Origin: Eledone cirrhosa | Taxonomy: Eukaryota | DNA length: 64,000 bases | Reading direction: 5' to 3' | Assembly (NCBI GenBank): GCA_964016885.1 | Contig: OZ024741.1 | Location: 223,696,001-223,760,000 of the forward strand | Shown here: positions 27,331 to 38,401 of the stretch, piece by piece | Numbering within the stretch: position 1 is the first letter of the stretch | Layout of the letters: each line of letters begins with the position of its first letter | Translations under genes and position numbers: made by a program | The notes under the pieces: model-generated | The model's input: only the letters and a program-made list of their open reading frames with translations | Told to the model about the DNA's origin: nothing | Database searches by the model: none

Positions 27331-27554
27331 TGCATATCTCTTTGTTTCTCTGCTGTGACTGCCTGAACTAACTAAAATTCTTCAGACATACCTTACGCAC
27401 TATATATCGCCATTCTACTGATGTCTGTCACAATCATTTTTGTTTTTTTTAAATAATATAATTTTAGCACACAGTATCAAGCCTATACGGTGCATGTTGG
27501 AGATCAGCTTCCTACGAGTTAAGTAGCACCATGATATCTGCAAATTCCACTCAA

Positions 27555-27778
27555 CTGGAAAAAATTGCTGGATAGATTTTATGGGCAAAGCCAACTGATA
27601 GGAGACTCAGAGGTAAACTACAAGCAAGATGGTTGCATATCTATGAGCTTGGTTAGTCTTATTTTGGGATCCATTCGGATCAATTGGAAATAGTTGCTTC
27701 TGATAGGACTCTCTGGAAGGAGTGTCTGAGGATTCTTCCCCCATGACCTTCCCAGGAATAAGTGAGTGAAGAAGATAA
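27555..27778 (+). mobile_element. Decayed Expander/Rex3-like RTE 3' fragment
   Basis: ATTTTATGGGCAAAGCCAACTG..GAGCTTGGTTAGTC..GGATCAATTGGAAAT homologous to 42704-42990. Confidence 0.7.
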
Positions 27779-27862
27779 AATTTTATTGTACCTAAATACA
27801 ATTTATATCATGAATAAAATTATGTAAATATATACAATATTAAAAAAAGAAAAAAGGGGAAA

Positions 27863-27910
27863 TATCATCATCATCATCGTTTGTCGTCTATCTTCCACGC
27901 TAGCATGGGA
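27863..27910 (-). mobile_element. Short RTE 3' tail
   Basis: (ATC)n-GTTTGTCGTCTATCTTCCACGCTAGCATGGG, reverse complement of the LINE tail. Confidence 0.7.
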
Positions 27911-28939
27911 AATAATAAGGATGAAAAAAAAGGAGGGTAATAAAGAAGAAAAAATGGTGGGTGAAGACCTGCACACTCAATTACATAACACAACACAAGG
28001 GGCAAGCCAACACATTCACAGCATTGCAAGGCTAAGGCATTGTAATAACCAAGCACCAATGGCGAATCATCTCTTTATAATTAAATTTGTTCAAATATCT
28101 GCTTTGTTTGCTTCTCTTCTGCCAAAAACACTGAACAAATGAAATACTTTCACACAGACTCTTTGATTAGTCTTTATCACACATGCAATCATCAGAAGAA
28201 GCCTTGGTACAGTTGGTTGCCCATCACAATTGGAGCTTGCTGGCCTTGACCATGGTGATGGCTAATGCCCCAACAAGATAACCCTTTTCCTTTTCGAAGG
28301 AGGTAATTCTCTAATCTGGTACGCACATGCTATGATACATTCTCTGCCTCCAACCTTGTTGCTTCAGACACAAACCTGGGCACTGCTCCCTTTAACTTGA
28401 AGGAGAGGAAGATAGACAAATACTAGGATTTGACCAACTGCTTCCTTTTCGTGTCTGTCCTCAGTTCTTGAAATGCCGTCTTTCTCTGTAAAATTGAGAG
28501 GAGTGCATCCTGACCAAGGAGGGGGCCTTGTAAAGTTGAGTGGCTGATGCAGCAGGTGTCATTAGCTGTTCTCCGTGGTAATGTTTTTGCCATTTTGTCT
28601 GTGGTGAACACCACCTAGACAGGATGTAGTCTATTTCTTTCTCCCCTTTCCTTTCCCTTTCACCATTTAAATTCTTTTGTCTTTTTCATTTTTTACTGCA
28701 AACATAATTTAATTGAAATTTGTTGAATAAATCTTTATAATCTATATATTTCACAAATATTTACCAAAATAATTGGACAGTTCCAAACAAATTTCTTCAA
28801 ACACTGTATTCTCCACATCTTTCGCCACCTTAATAACTTAACCCTTTCTGGTCGTATTTCTTATGAAATACACCATATTTCAATTATTGAAGAATTTTGC
28901 GGGATTTACTAAAATAGTAAGTTAACATGTTGTTCTTAT

Positions 28940-29122
28940 ATAAAATTGTGTGTATGTGTGTAATTGTTTGTATGTGTGTTTGTGTGCTTGTGAGAGTGCG
29001 AATGTATGTTTATATGTGTGTGCATTGTGTGTATGTATGCAAGTTTGTATTTGAGTATATATGTGTATGAGTGTGTGTGTGGGAGGGTTATTCTATTTGT
29101 GTATGTGCATATATGTATGTAC
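28940..29122. repeat. Degenerate (TG)n microsatellite
   Basis: Direct inspection. Confidence 0.7.
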
Positions 29123-30511
29123 ATTAGGGTGTTTCATATTTAAAGGGAACATTTTTTGTGGGAATCACCTTATGTCGAATCCATTTTACATAAAAATTAT
29201 ACAAGGAGATATGAATATATTTAAGGGTTAAGTTTGGTGCATTTTTAATTCTATACCAAAAAATGCAAAAAGTTTACATTTGTTGATTGTAGCCAGGCTG
29301 CTGATTTTGTCTATTTTTCCCTGTGTACATGCAGGAGACATTTCTACCATTTATAGGATTCTAAATAAAAAAAGAAATGAACTATAAACGTCTTCAAGAT
29401 CTTTTTCCCATCATCTGGTCCCAGTATGCTAATGTTCAAAAAGTTCCAGGAATGTTGGGACTCATCGATAAATCTTATTATTAAACTATCTTGGCTGAAG
29501 ATGAGCCCATGGAAGATTTTTGCAGGAAAAAGAGGGAAGAGATGGTTGAATATCTATTGACTGTACTGTTTTCTGGAGATCATTTCTGAGAAGACTTTAT
29601 CTTGGTGGTTGGCCATCTCCTCAGTTTTCCTTGTTAATCCCAGAATACCACCAGGCTCATTGGATAGCTAAGATCATATATGTGATCAAGATAGTTCTGT
29701 TCAAAGAACAACTTAAGCTTACACTTCATGAGTTGAGCGATCTAGAAAAAGTCATTTCCGGTTCATTCATAAAAAGTGTTTCTCTATTGTGTATTTAGAA
29801 CATATTCCTCCTGCTTATTTTCATTTCATTGCATTCTGTTGTATGGTTTCCTCATTGGATTCAGTAAAGTGAACAGAATGACAATAATCCACTGGCCAGG
29901 TCCCAAAAGTACCATTATAACTAAAAGATGTGAAAGTGTGCAACCTTTTAAATATTACTCAATTGACCTATAATTCAGCATACATCGTTTATTATGCCCA
30001 TGTGTTGATAAATTGACATGAGATGATAGGCAAATATTTTGCAAAATGGAGCACCCTAGTGTGTGTAAAGGTGTGAAGTGGTGGTGATGGGGGGATATGT
30101 GTGTAGGTGTGTTTGTGTATAATATAAAGATGTGGGTGATGAGTGAAGTGTTGGAAACCTCCACTAAAGAAACTACAATTAAGTTACTCTTCTAAATGTA
30201 TCTGTTTTAATGTCTGTGTGACTGGGACGGGAGGGAGAAGGTATATTACTGTCTATTTTAAGAAACTGTGTTCTGTTTTTATAGTTAACTATGCAGTAAG
30301 TAGAGTGGAGTGTATTGCCTAAGGTGAGATTTTATAGTAATATCTATTTAGACAAAGATAAATGTTTGTTTATATATATATGTGTGTGTGTTCTTTTTTT
30401 TTTTCTGTGTTTTGTTACCTTTTAGCTGAGCCAACTAAATTAGAGAAACTTGCCTAAAGCAACATTATTTTCACAGTTGTTAAATTTAGTTTAGGTTTAT
30501 ATGTCAGTATA

Positions 30512-30847
30512 TCATCATCATTCATCATCATCATCATTTCATTTTAAGTCCGCTTTTCCCTGCTTGCAAGGGGGGGACTGGAACTGATTCTGGCTTGATT
30601 TCTACAGCTGGATGCCCTTCCTAACACCAACCTCATTTACAGTGAGTGCTGGGTGCTTTTTTGCCGTGGCACCTCCATGACCACTTTGCAGTGGAATGAT
30701 ATGGACCCCAGTCCCTATCATCTCATTTCTACAGCTGAGTAAACTGGAGCAATGTGAAATAAAGTGTCTTGCTCAAGGAAACAACACATCACCTGGTCTG
30801 AGAATTGAACTCACAACCTTTCAATTGCAAGGCCAATGCTCTAACCA

Positions 30848-30850
<3 letters not shown>
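30512..30850 (-). mobile_element. tRNA-derived SINE family A with RTE-type tail
   Basis: Reverse complement of 32285-32603. Confidence 0.9.
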
Positions 30851-30897
<47 letters not shown>

Positions 30898-31019
30898 GTA
30901 TGTATGTCAGGTCACCAGTTGGTATGTATGTATGTATGTATATACACACACACACATATATACACATATATATATACAAAGTGTTAAAACGATCAAATTT
31001 TAGTTTAGAACATTTATTT

Positions 31020-31064
31020 GCTGACAATTGTTTCTTCCAGAGGGAGGTCTGGAATCATCGGAGC
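31020..31064 (-). ncRNA. Minimal type I hammerhead ribozyme motif (U4C variant)
   Basis: Minus strand: GCU-CCGAUGA-UUCCAGA(ccuccc)UCUGGAA-GAAA-CAAUUG-UC-AGC; 7 bp stem II, palindromic stem III ACAAUUGU, GUC cleavage triplet, 3 bp stem I. Confidence 0.72.
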
Positions 31065-31159
31065 TTAGTACTTAGTACTACCCTCCATATTTATAGTTGT
31101 ATTAAACATATATGAATATAAATATTCTTATTACTATATATATATATATATATATATAT

Positions 31160-31649
31160 TTCGTTTCTGAATTTGTTTAGCAAGATTCTTTATCTGAAAT
31201 CGTGTGTTGAAACCGATATTGTTATACTTTGGGAAGGTCATGTTGCCAATAAGAAACACACGCACCAGTTGCTTTCACTTCAATTTATTATTATAATAAA
31301 TTTATAATAAATTTATAAATTTATAAATTTCTGGTTGGTTGGTTGGTTCCACAACCAGATAGTTGTTTATATATTGTCATATAAACAAAATGGCGTAGGA
31401 CAGAACAAAGGAGAGGCACAGAAACAAAGAAAGGAATCCCCAGTCACTGAAGAGGTCACAGAGTGTGTGACGAAAGAACTATGACAATATATAAACAACT
31501 ATCTGGTTGTGGAACCAACCAACCAACCAACCAGAAATTTATAAATTTATAAATTTATTATAAATTTATTATAATAATAAATTGAAGTGAAAGCAACTGG
31601 TGCATGTGTTTCTTATTGGCAACATGACCCTCCCAAAGTATAACAATAT
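31160..31649. mobile_element. TA-flanked fold-back element (Penelope-like pseudo-LTR remnant?)
   Basis: Arms 31216-31381 and 31480-31649 are near-perfect inverted repeats; the 98 bp spacer holds a hammerhead core. Confidence 0.7.
31443..31485 (+). ncRNA. Minimal type I hammerhead ribozyme motif
   Basis: GUCA-CUGAAGA-G-GUCACA(gagug)UGUGAC-GAAA-GAAC-UA-UGAC; stem I GUCA/UGAC, 6 bp stem II. Confidence 0.72.
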
Positions 31650-31675
31650 ATATATATATATATATATATATCTTA

Positions 31676-31903
31676 TGATCATAATGTTGTGGGTTCAATT
31701 CCTGGGCTAGGTTGCGTGTTGTGTTCTTGAGCAAAACACTTCATTTCACGTTGCTCCAGTATACTCAGCTGAAAATGAGTACCAGCAATAACAGGGAGTT
31801 TAACATTACGCTGGACTGGCGTCCTGTCCAGTGGGGAGTCTTGTACTCTCAGTCGCTTCACGCTATGAAACCGGGATAAGCACCAGCCTGATGAACCTCT
31901 GAC
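31676..31903 (+). mobile_element. tRNA-type SINE family C (CORE-like plus V-like domain)
   Basis: B box GGTTCAATTCC; GTGTTCTTGAGCAAAACACTT; GGACTGGCGTCCTGTCCAG..GTCGCTTCACGCTATGAAACCGGGATAAGC. Confidence 0.75.
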
Positions 31904-31922
31904 TATATATATATATATATAT

Positions 31923-32257
31923 GGAAAAAAGATGAAATCGAAAATACAACTGGAGTTTTTTTTTTTTAAATATATATTTATTTGGTTCCTTTACCGTTTT
32001 CGCAGTTCTTCTGCTTTTCAAAAGCAGAATTGAGATGGAGGGTTTGTGGTTTTTCTCGAGAAAAACCACAAACCCTCCGTCTCAATTCTGCTTTTGAAAA
32101 GCAGAAGAACTGCGAAAACGGTAAAGGAACCAAATAAATATATATTTAAAAAAAAAAAACTCCAGTTGTATTTTCGATTTCATCTTTAACCTTATACTTT
32201 CACTCGTGTAGGACATCTCGTTTTTTTTTCATTTTGTAAAAAAAACACCACTTTCTA
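31923..32257. mobile_element. TA-flanked element with a 260 bp spacer-less palindrome and a degenerate hammerhead
   Basis: 31928-32057 is the reverse complement of 32058-32187 (one mismatch), centred on CTCGAG; 32091-32127 reads CUU-UUGAAAA-GCAG(aagaa)CUGC-GAAA-ACGG-UA-AAG. Confidence 0.7.
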
Positions 32258-32271
32258 ATATATATATATAT

Positions 32272-32603
32272 GGAGGCACATGGCTTAGTGGTTAGAGCAT
32301 TGGCCTTGCAATCGAAGGGTTGTGAGTTCAATTCTCAGACCGGGTGATGTGTTGTTTCCTTGAACAAGACACTTTATTTCACATTGCTCCAGTTTACTCA
32401 GCTGTAGAAATGAGATGATAGGGACTGGGGTCCATATCATTCCACTGCAAAGTGGTCGTGGAGCTGCCACGGCAAAAAAGCACCCAGCACTCACTGTAAA
32501 TGAGGTTGGTGTTAGGAAGGGCATCCAGCTGTAGAAATCAAGCCAGAATCAGTTCCCGTCCCACCCTTGCAAGCAGGGAAAAGCGGACGTAAAATGATGA
32601 TGT
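32272..32603 (+). mobile_element. Apparently full-length tRNA-derived SINE family A with RTE-type tail
   Basis: A box TGGCTTAGTGG, B box GAGTTCAATTC, CORE-like TTCCTTGAACAAGACACTTTA; tail ACCCTTGCAAGCAGGGAAAAGCGGACGTAAAATGATGATG identical to the LINE end at 37091-37130. Confidence 0.92.
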
Positions 32604-32694
32604 TGATTTACTTTCTTCCACATCTGAGGAGCGTTTTGGTTATGGTAGTTTAATAAAATGTTTGGTGTCATGTTTATATGATAAAAAGGACTCT

Positions 32695-32950
32695 TCAGTT
32701 GTGCCAAGGAAATGACCACCTTCCTAGTGCTGGTGCCATGATAAAATGCACTTGGTACACTCTGTAAAATAGCTGGTGATAGGAAAGGTTTTCAGCTGTG
32801 GAAACCATGCCAAAGCCAGAACGTAGGTAAGCAAGATGGAGACACTGTTTCACTTGGGAGGACAGTAGGTCTGATTCAGTACTGATTTGGTCTGGGATGA
32901 CCTGTCCAACACATGTCAGCATAGAAAAAAATTGGACATTAAATTATCAT
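32695..32950 (+). mobile_element. Degenerate SINE/RTE-tail module
   Basis: GTGCTGGTGCCATGATAAAATGCAC..CTGTCCAACACATGTCAGCATAGAAA..GGACATTAAA. Confidence 0.6.
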
Positions 32951-33318
32951 GTGCGGTATCATGTCTATATGTTGTACCTTTTCCATATCTAAACTACAAG
33001 GTAATATAATATAGTGTGTAGCATTGTATGCGCTACTTTCTCCACATCTGAGGTATGTAGAGTGTCTTGCCTAAGGTGATATAATATTGTGTACAATATT
33101 GTATCTATAAATTTTATTTTCACCACATCTGTGTTAAGTAGAGTGTCTTGACTAAGGTGATATAATATAGTTAGTATTGTATCTATATAACCATGCCTGT
33201 ACTTATAGTCATGACTACCATCTGTAAAAGTTTATAGCCATGCTTGTGCCTCTAGCTGTACATATAAGTGCCATGGCTGTGCCTATTTAATGCAATTCCT
33301 TTATATGAATTTATATAA

Positions 33319-34679
33319 TACTAGCAGTGGTACGGGATAAGGTATTTTGGAACGCGGGCAGCCAACAGACCTAATCGTGGAAAAACTGCATGCCTGGACA
33401 ATATGTAAAGAAAATAAACCGAATACTCTGATGGCTGGATAATCTTTAAGATTTTCCTCGATGAAGCAGGAAAAATGCAGGTTTTCACCTAGGGGATCAA
33501 GAAAATAAAATTTTTTTATGTGCATAATATGCCTTGAAATTTCGGGAAAATCGGCTAGATGTAACGCCTCAAAAACCCTAAAAAGCTGAAAAAATGAAGT
33601 TTTTCACCTAATGTGGGCCCTAGTCCATAAAAAAGTTGGATTTTCTTTGCTTACGGTATGAAGAAGAGACTGACTAATACATAGTTACAATTTCAAGGAA
33701 GGGGTCTGACCTAACGCCTCAAAAAAACCCTAAAAAGCTGGGGAAAAAACGCAGTTTTTCACCTAATGCAGGCCCTAGGAGATCAAAAAGTTGAATTTTT
33801 TATGTGCATAACATAAGTAATATACATGTAAAGTTTGAAAAACGTCGGTTGGGTACTTCTCGAGTTTTAGGGATTCAAACTCACAGACACACACACACAC
33901 ACACAGACAGACATCCTCAGGGAAGTGACGTAATGCACAGACAGGCAGACATACAGACAGATATTATAAGGGCGCGACGTTATATGTATGTATCTATCTA
34001 AAAAGAGAAAGACTAAGAATTATAGAGAGAGATCGCCTAATGCGTTCCCTAGGGCATTGAAAATTTGAAATTCTTTTTGCTCAGAACACTCTCTGAAACA
34101 TAAGTATTACATGTGTAAAGTTTGAAAACAGTCGGTTGGGTACTTCTCTAGTTTTAGGGATTCAAACTCACACACACACACAGGCATCCTTACTTTTAAT
34201 ATCTCCTAGGACAAGCATTAGGTGAAAAACTGCGTTTTTTTAAGCTTTTTAGGTTTTTTTTGAGGCGTTACATCAGACTGATTTCCTTGAAATTGTAACT
34301 ATGTATTAGTCAGTCTCTTCTTCATTCCATGAGCAAAGAAAATCCAACTTTTTATGACCTAGGGCTCGCATTAGGTGAAAAACTTCATTTTTTCAGCTTT
34401 TTTGAGGCGTTACATCTAGCCGATTTTCCCGAAATTTCAAGGCATATTATGCATATAAAAAAAATTCATTTTCTTGATCCCCTAGGGCCCGCATTAGGTG
34501 AAAACCTGCATTTTTCCTACTTCGTCGAGTAAAATCTTAAAGATTATCCAGCGATCAGAGTATTAGGTTTATTTTCTTTACATATTGTCCAGGCATGCAG
34601 TTTTTCCACGATTAGGTCTGTTGGCGGCCCGTGTTCCAAAATACCTTATCCCGTGCAACGCCGGGTACCACTGCTAGTA
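33319..34679. mobile_element. Long fold-back non-autonomous DNA element (Helentron/DINE-1-like ends, or MITE with ~465 bp TIRs)
   Basis: Arms 33319-33783 and 34201-34679 are inverted; terminus TACTAGCAGTGGTACCCGGCGTTGCACGGG; spacer has two copies of AAAGTTTGAAAA..GTCGGTTGGGTACTTCT..GATTCAAACT(CA)n. Confidence 0.75.
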
Positions 34680-37132
34680 ACCTATAAATCAGGCGAGCAC
34701 ATAGGCCAAATTGACTTCCTGCTAGTTAGACAGCAAGACAGACAGATCGTGTCAAATACTAAGGCATACTCCACAGCATAAGTTAGTCATTAGTGACATC
34801 TCAGTAAGCAAGAGAAAGAATGAGACATACAGGAAGGTGTGAAAAAAAAGAAAGGTCTGGAAGCTAAAAGACCTTTCATTAAAATATAAATTTAGCAAAG
34901 CCCTTCAAGATGTGTATGACGAAAAAGAAGACGATTTAGAGTTGTATGACATAGATGATAACTGGAATTTCTTGCGTGACAACTTACTGCAGGCTACTGA
35001 AGAAACTTGTGGCTAGGGCAGAGCTTCAACCAGACAGAGAGTGACCTGGTGGTGGAACAGCACAGTAGATAGAGCCATTAGAGACAAAAGACTGGCATGG
35101 AAGGCTTGGAAAAATGGTGGGATTAGAGAAGGATACACAGCCGCTAAGAGAGAAGCTAGACGTCAGGTGTACTTAGCACGCAGGGAGGCTGAGAGTAGGA
35201 GGTTTGCCAATGTTCTGCGACGGGAAGATCAGAGGCGTGCGGTGTTCCACATTGCAAGGCAGTGTGTCAGTGCGAATCAGGATGTTGTTGGAGATAAATG
35301 TGTCCGGAATGATGCCGGTGTATTTAGTGCCACAAATGATCAAAAAAAGGAAGCCTGGAAATGTCATTATGAGAGGCTGATGAATGTGGAGAACGAATGA
35401 GAGAGAGAGAAATTACTCCCGGTAGACCCGACAGAGGGACCAGCTATTGAGATTGACGAATATAGGGTACAAGAGGCAATTAAGGAAATGAAGAATGGTA
35501 AGGCTGCTGGACCGTCGGGGATAGTTGCTAAGATGCTGAAGGCATCAGGAGAAGTAGGCACTAAACTGGTTGCAAGCATCATCAATCAAGCTATATATGG
35601 TAGTGTCATACCCAAAGACTGGTGCAGCAATATTCTCATAAATTGCTATAAAGGTAAAGGGGATGCTCTGGAGAGGAGCAATTATAGGGGCATAAAGCTG
35701 ATGGATCAGGTTATGAAAGTGGCAGAGAGAATATTAGCGCAACTCATTAGAGAAAGGGTCAAATTTGATGAGATGCAGTTTGGTTTTGTGCCTGGGAAAA
35801 GTACAACAGATGCCCTCTTCTTAGTGAGACAACTACAAGAGAGGTTCTTAGAGAAGAATAAGCCACTATACTTAGCTTTTGATGACCTAGGGAAGGCCTT
35901 TGACAGGGTACCCCAATCTGTCATCTGGTGGTCTCTAAGGAAACTAGGTGTAGAGGAATGGCTTGTGAGGGACAGTGCAAGCTATGTACAGAGGTACTGT
36001 CAGTAAAGTGAGAGTAGGAATGTAGTTTAGTGAGGAATTCCAGATACAAGTAGGTGTACATCAGGGTTCGGTCCTCAGCCCGCACTTGTTCATTATAGTC
36101 CTCCAAGCCATAACAGAGGAGTTTAAGACTGGATGCCCATGGGAACTTCTCTATGCTGATGATCTGGTTCTTATAGCAGAATCAGTAGAGGAGCTTAGAG
36201 AATAAATTCTGGCTATGGAAACAGCAGTTGGAATTAAGAGGACTGAGAGTGAACATAGCTAAGACAAAAGTGTTGATAAGTAGAAAAGAGGACAAAACTC
36301 TGATTCCATCAGGGAAATGGCCATATTCGATATGTAGAAAAGGAACTGGCATAAATTCCATAAAATGTCCCAATGCAGATCTTGGGTACACAAGAGATGT
36401 AGTGGGATAGCAGGCAAACTAACAGGTAGGGAAAACTAAGTATGCAGTAGATGTACAAGGAAAGTTGGCAGTAGTAATCGCAGTGATAGACACATTTTTC
36501 CAATGCAGGTGGGTTCTATAGAAGTTGTTGATAGCTTCTGGTACCTAGGTGATCAGATTAGCATGGGAAGGGGGCGGGGGTCCGAGGCCATAGTATCTAG
36601 AATAAGGACGGGTTGAAAGAAATTTAGGGAGCTGCTTCCTCTGTTGACAAAGAAGCGCTCCTCCCTGTGTACGAAAGGACGGTTGTATGATGCCTGTGTG
36701 AGATGCACGATGCTGCATGGTAGCGAGACATGGGCAGCAACTGCAGAGGATATGCAACGGCTGGAGAGAAATGAAACAAGCATGCTCCGTTGGATGTGCA
36801 ATGTCAATGTGCGTGAACGACCAAGCATAGACGAGTTGAGAAAGAAACTGGGTATAAGAGGGATAAGTTGTGGTGTGCAGGAGAGAAAACTGAGATGGTA
36901 TGGACATGTGATACGCATGGAGGATGACCACTGGGTAAAGAAGTGCCAAGAAATCCCAGTAGAAGGAAGACACAATAGAAAAACATGGGCGGAGGTGGTG
37001 AGAGCAGACTTCAGATCGCTGAAACTCACAGAGGAGATGACAAAGGAACGTAACAAGTGGAGAGATGCTGTGCTAAATAGGACCCATCCGACCCTTGCAA
37101 GCAGGGAAAAGCGGACGTAAAATGATGATGAG
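34680..37132 (+). mobile_element. 5'-truncated, decayed RTE-clade LINE (end of APE endonuclease, RT, PHD-like finger)
   Basis: YKSGEHIGQIDFLL; KAAGPSG; KGKGDALERSNYRGIKL; QFGF; DLGKAFDRV; YADD at 36152-36163; LRWYGHV; (GAT)n tail; several stops and frameshifts. Confidence 0.96.
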
Positions 37133-37202
37133 GATATTATCTCAGATGTTTAACCATGCCACATGCAACTACATCAGAGAGATAGTTTTGAGATTTATAA
37201 AA

Positions 37203-37330
37203 CGGCAAATTGGCAGAGTTGTTAGAAGTTTGGATAGAATGCTTTGTGGTATTTGTTCAGGCTCTCTGTTAAAATCCTTCCAAGGTTAACTCTGTCTATC
37301 ATACTTTCAGGGTTGATAAAAAAAACGTAC
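37203..37330 (+). mobile_element. Degenerate SINE family B
   Basis: GGCAAATTGGCAGAGTTGTTAGA..CATACTTTCAGGGTTGATAAAA. Confidence 0.55.
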
Positions 37331-38401
37331 CTCTCTTTCTCTCTCTCTGGCAGTAAACAAATATGTTCAAACCTGGAGAAAGTATGGGCTCCACCAAGTA
37401 TAAAATGCCCAAGTTATGCTGTATGTCACTAATGCACTCCCTCACTATGATTTCATCAGGAGTTATAGATCCATACAAACCCAAACTGTAAAAGTACATA
37501 TAGCAAACAGAGCTGAATGCTTTCTTCATTACTGCATTGATATCACATTGAATAATGGAGGTTAGAAGACACAACATTATCTAATGTCTGTTCAAATTGG
37601 AAAATAGCTGGATATTTGATCATGGATTGTATCTAGAAGGAAACAAAATGTTTGCATCATTAGAAAATATCAAAAATAGAATTGGTTCAGTATCTTCAAC
37701 ATTTGGTCTCTGTAATTGATGTTTGAAAAGAGTAGAACACCTCGTTACACACACAAAAATCTACATTTATCAATCATCTGTATTGCGTGTGTTGTTTTAT
37801 AGTAGTGAATCATAGACATTAACTTACAAGGTTACTTGAATATGTTCTCAGTCTCTCTTTCAAATGGGATACATACAGCAAATTATCAAAATATTACAGA
37901 TTAAACCTTTGTAGAATGATCTCACACAACAAATTTGTTTCTTGTCAGTTGATCATTTTTGCCAGAATGGAAGAGTGAATGTAAAATGTTGATGATGATG
38001 ATAATCTATTCACATAGAAACTATAATATGACAGCTGCAGCCTGATAACGTCAGTCTTCCTCATACCAGTAATTGGAATACGTTGGTTGTTGTTTTACTG
38101 GGAGGCTTTGGGGTATTCTTTTGAAGGACATGTTTGAATTTAATTTGACTTGTGCAGTATGTGTATGGTGGGTGGTGTTAATTGTAGGATTATGATTTGT
38201 ATTTGCTTGAGTTCGTGGATAGCATGGGTCTGGTTTAGATTTGTTTATGTTCTAGTTAAGGCAAATGATGATCCTAGTTATATATAATGTACTTGATTAT
38301 AAATTTGTACAAATCACAGCTGACTTTGACCTAAACAACAGCAGCAACAATAATTATACATATAAATTCTAAATCCCATATCTGTGTTGATCAGTGAAAT
38401 G

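Noticed and set aside
28150-28620. GC-richer island as an exon or element
   Set aside because: No recognisable motif, splice pair or second copy in the window.
29125-29760. Decayed Tc1/mariner element (TAGGGTGTTTCA start)
   Set aside because: Only a faint TIR-like start; no matching right TIR or clear transposase motif could be read.
32272-32345. tRNA gene
   Set aside because: A and B boxes are present but continue into a repeated SINE body; no convincing cloverleaf acceptor stem.
34680-37132. Active autonomous LINE (also 51760-54760)
   Set aside because: Both are 5'-truncated with in-frame stops or frameshifts.
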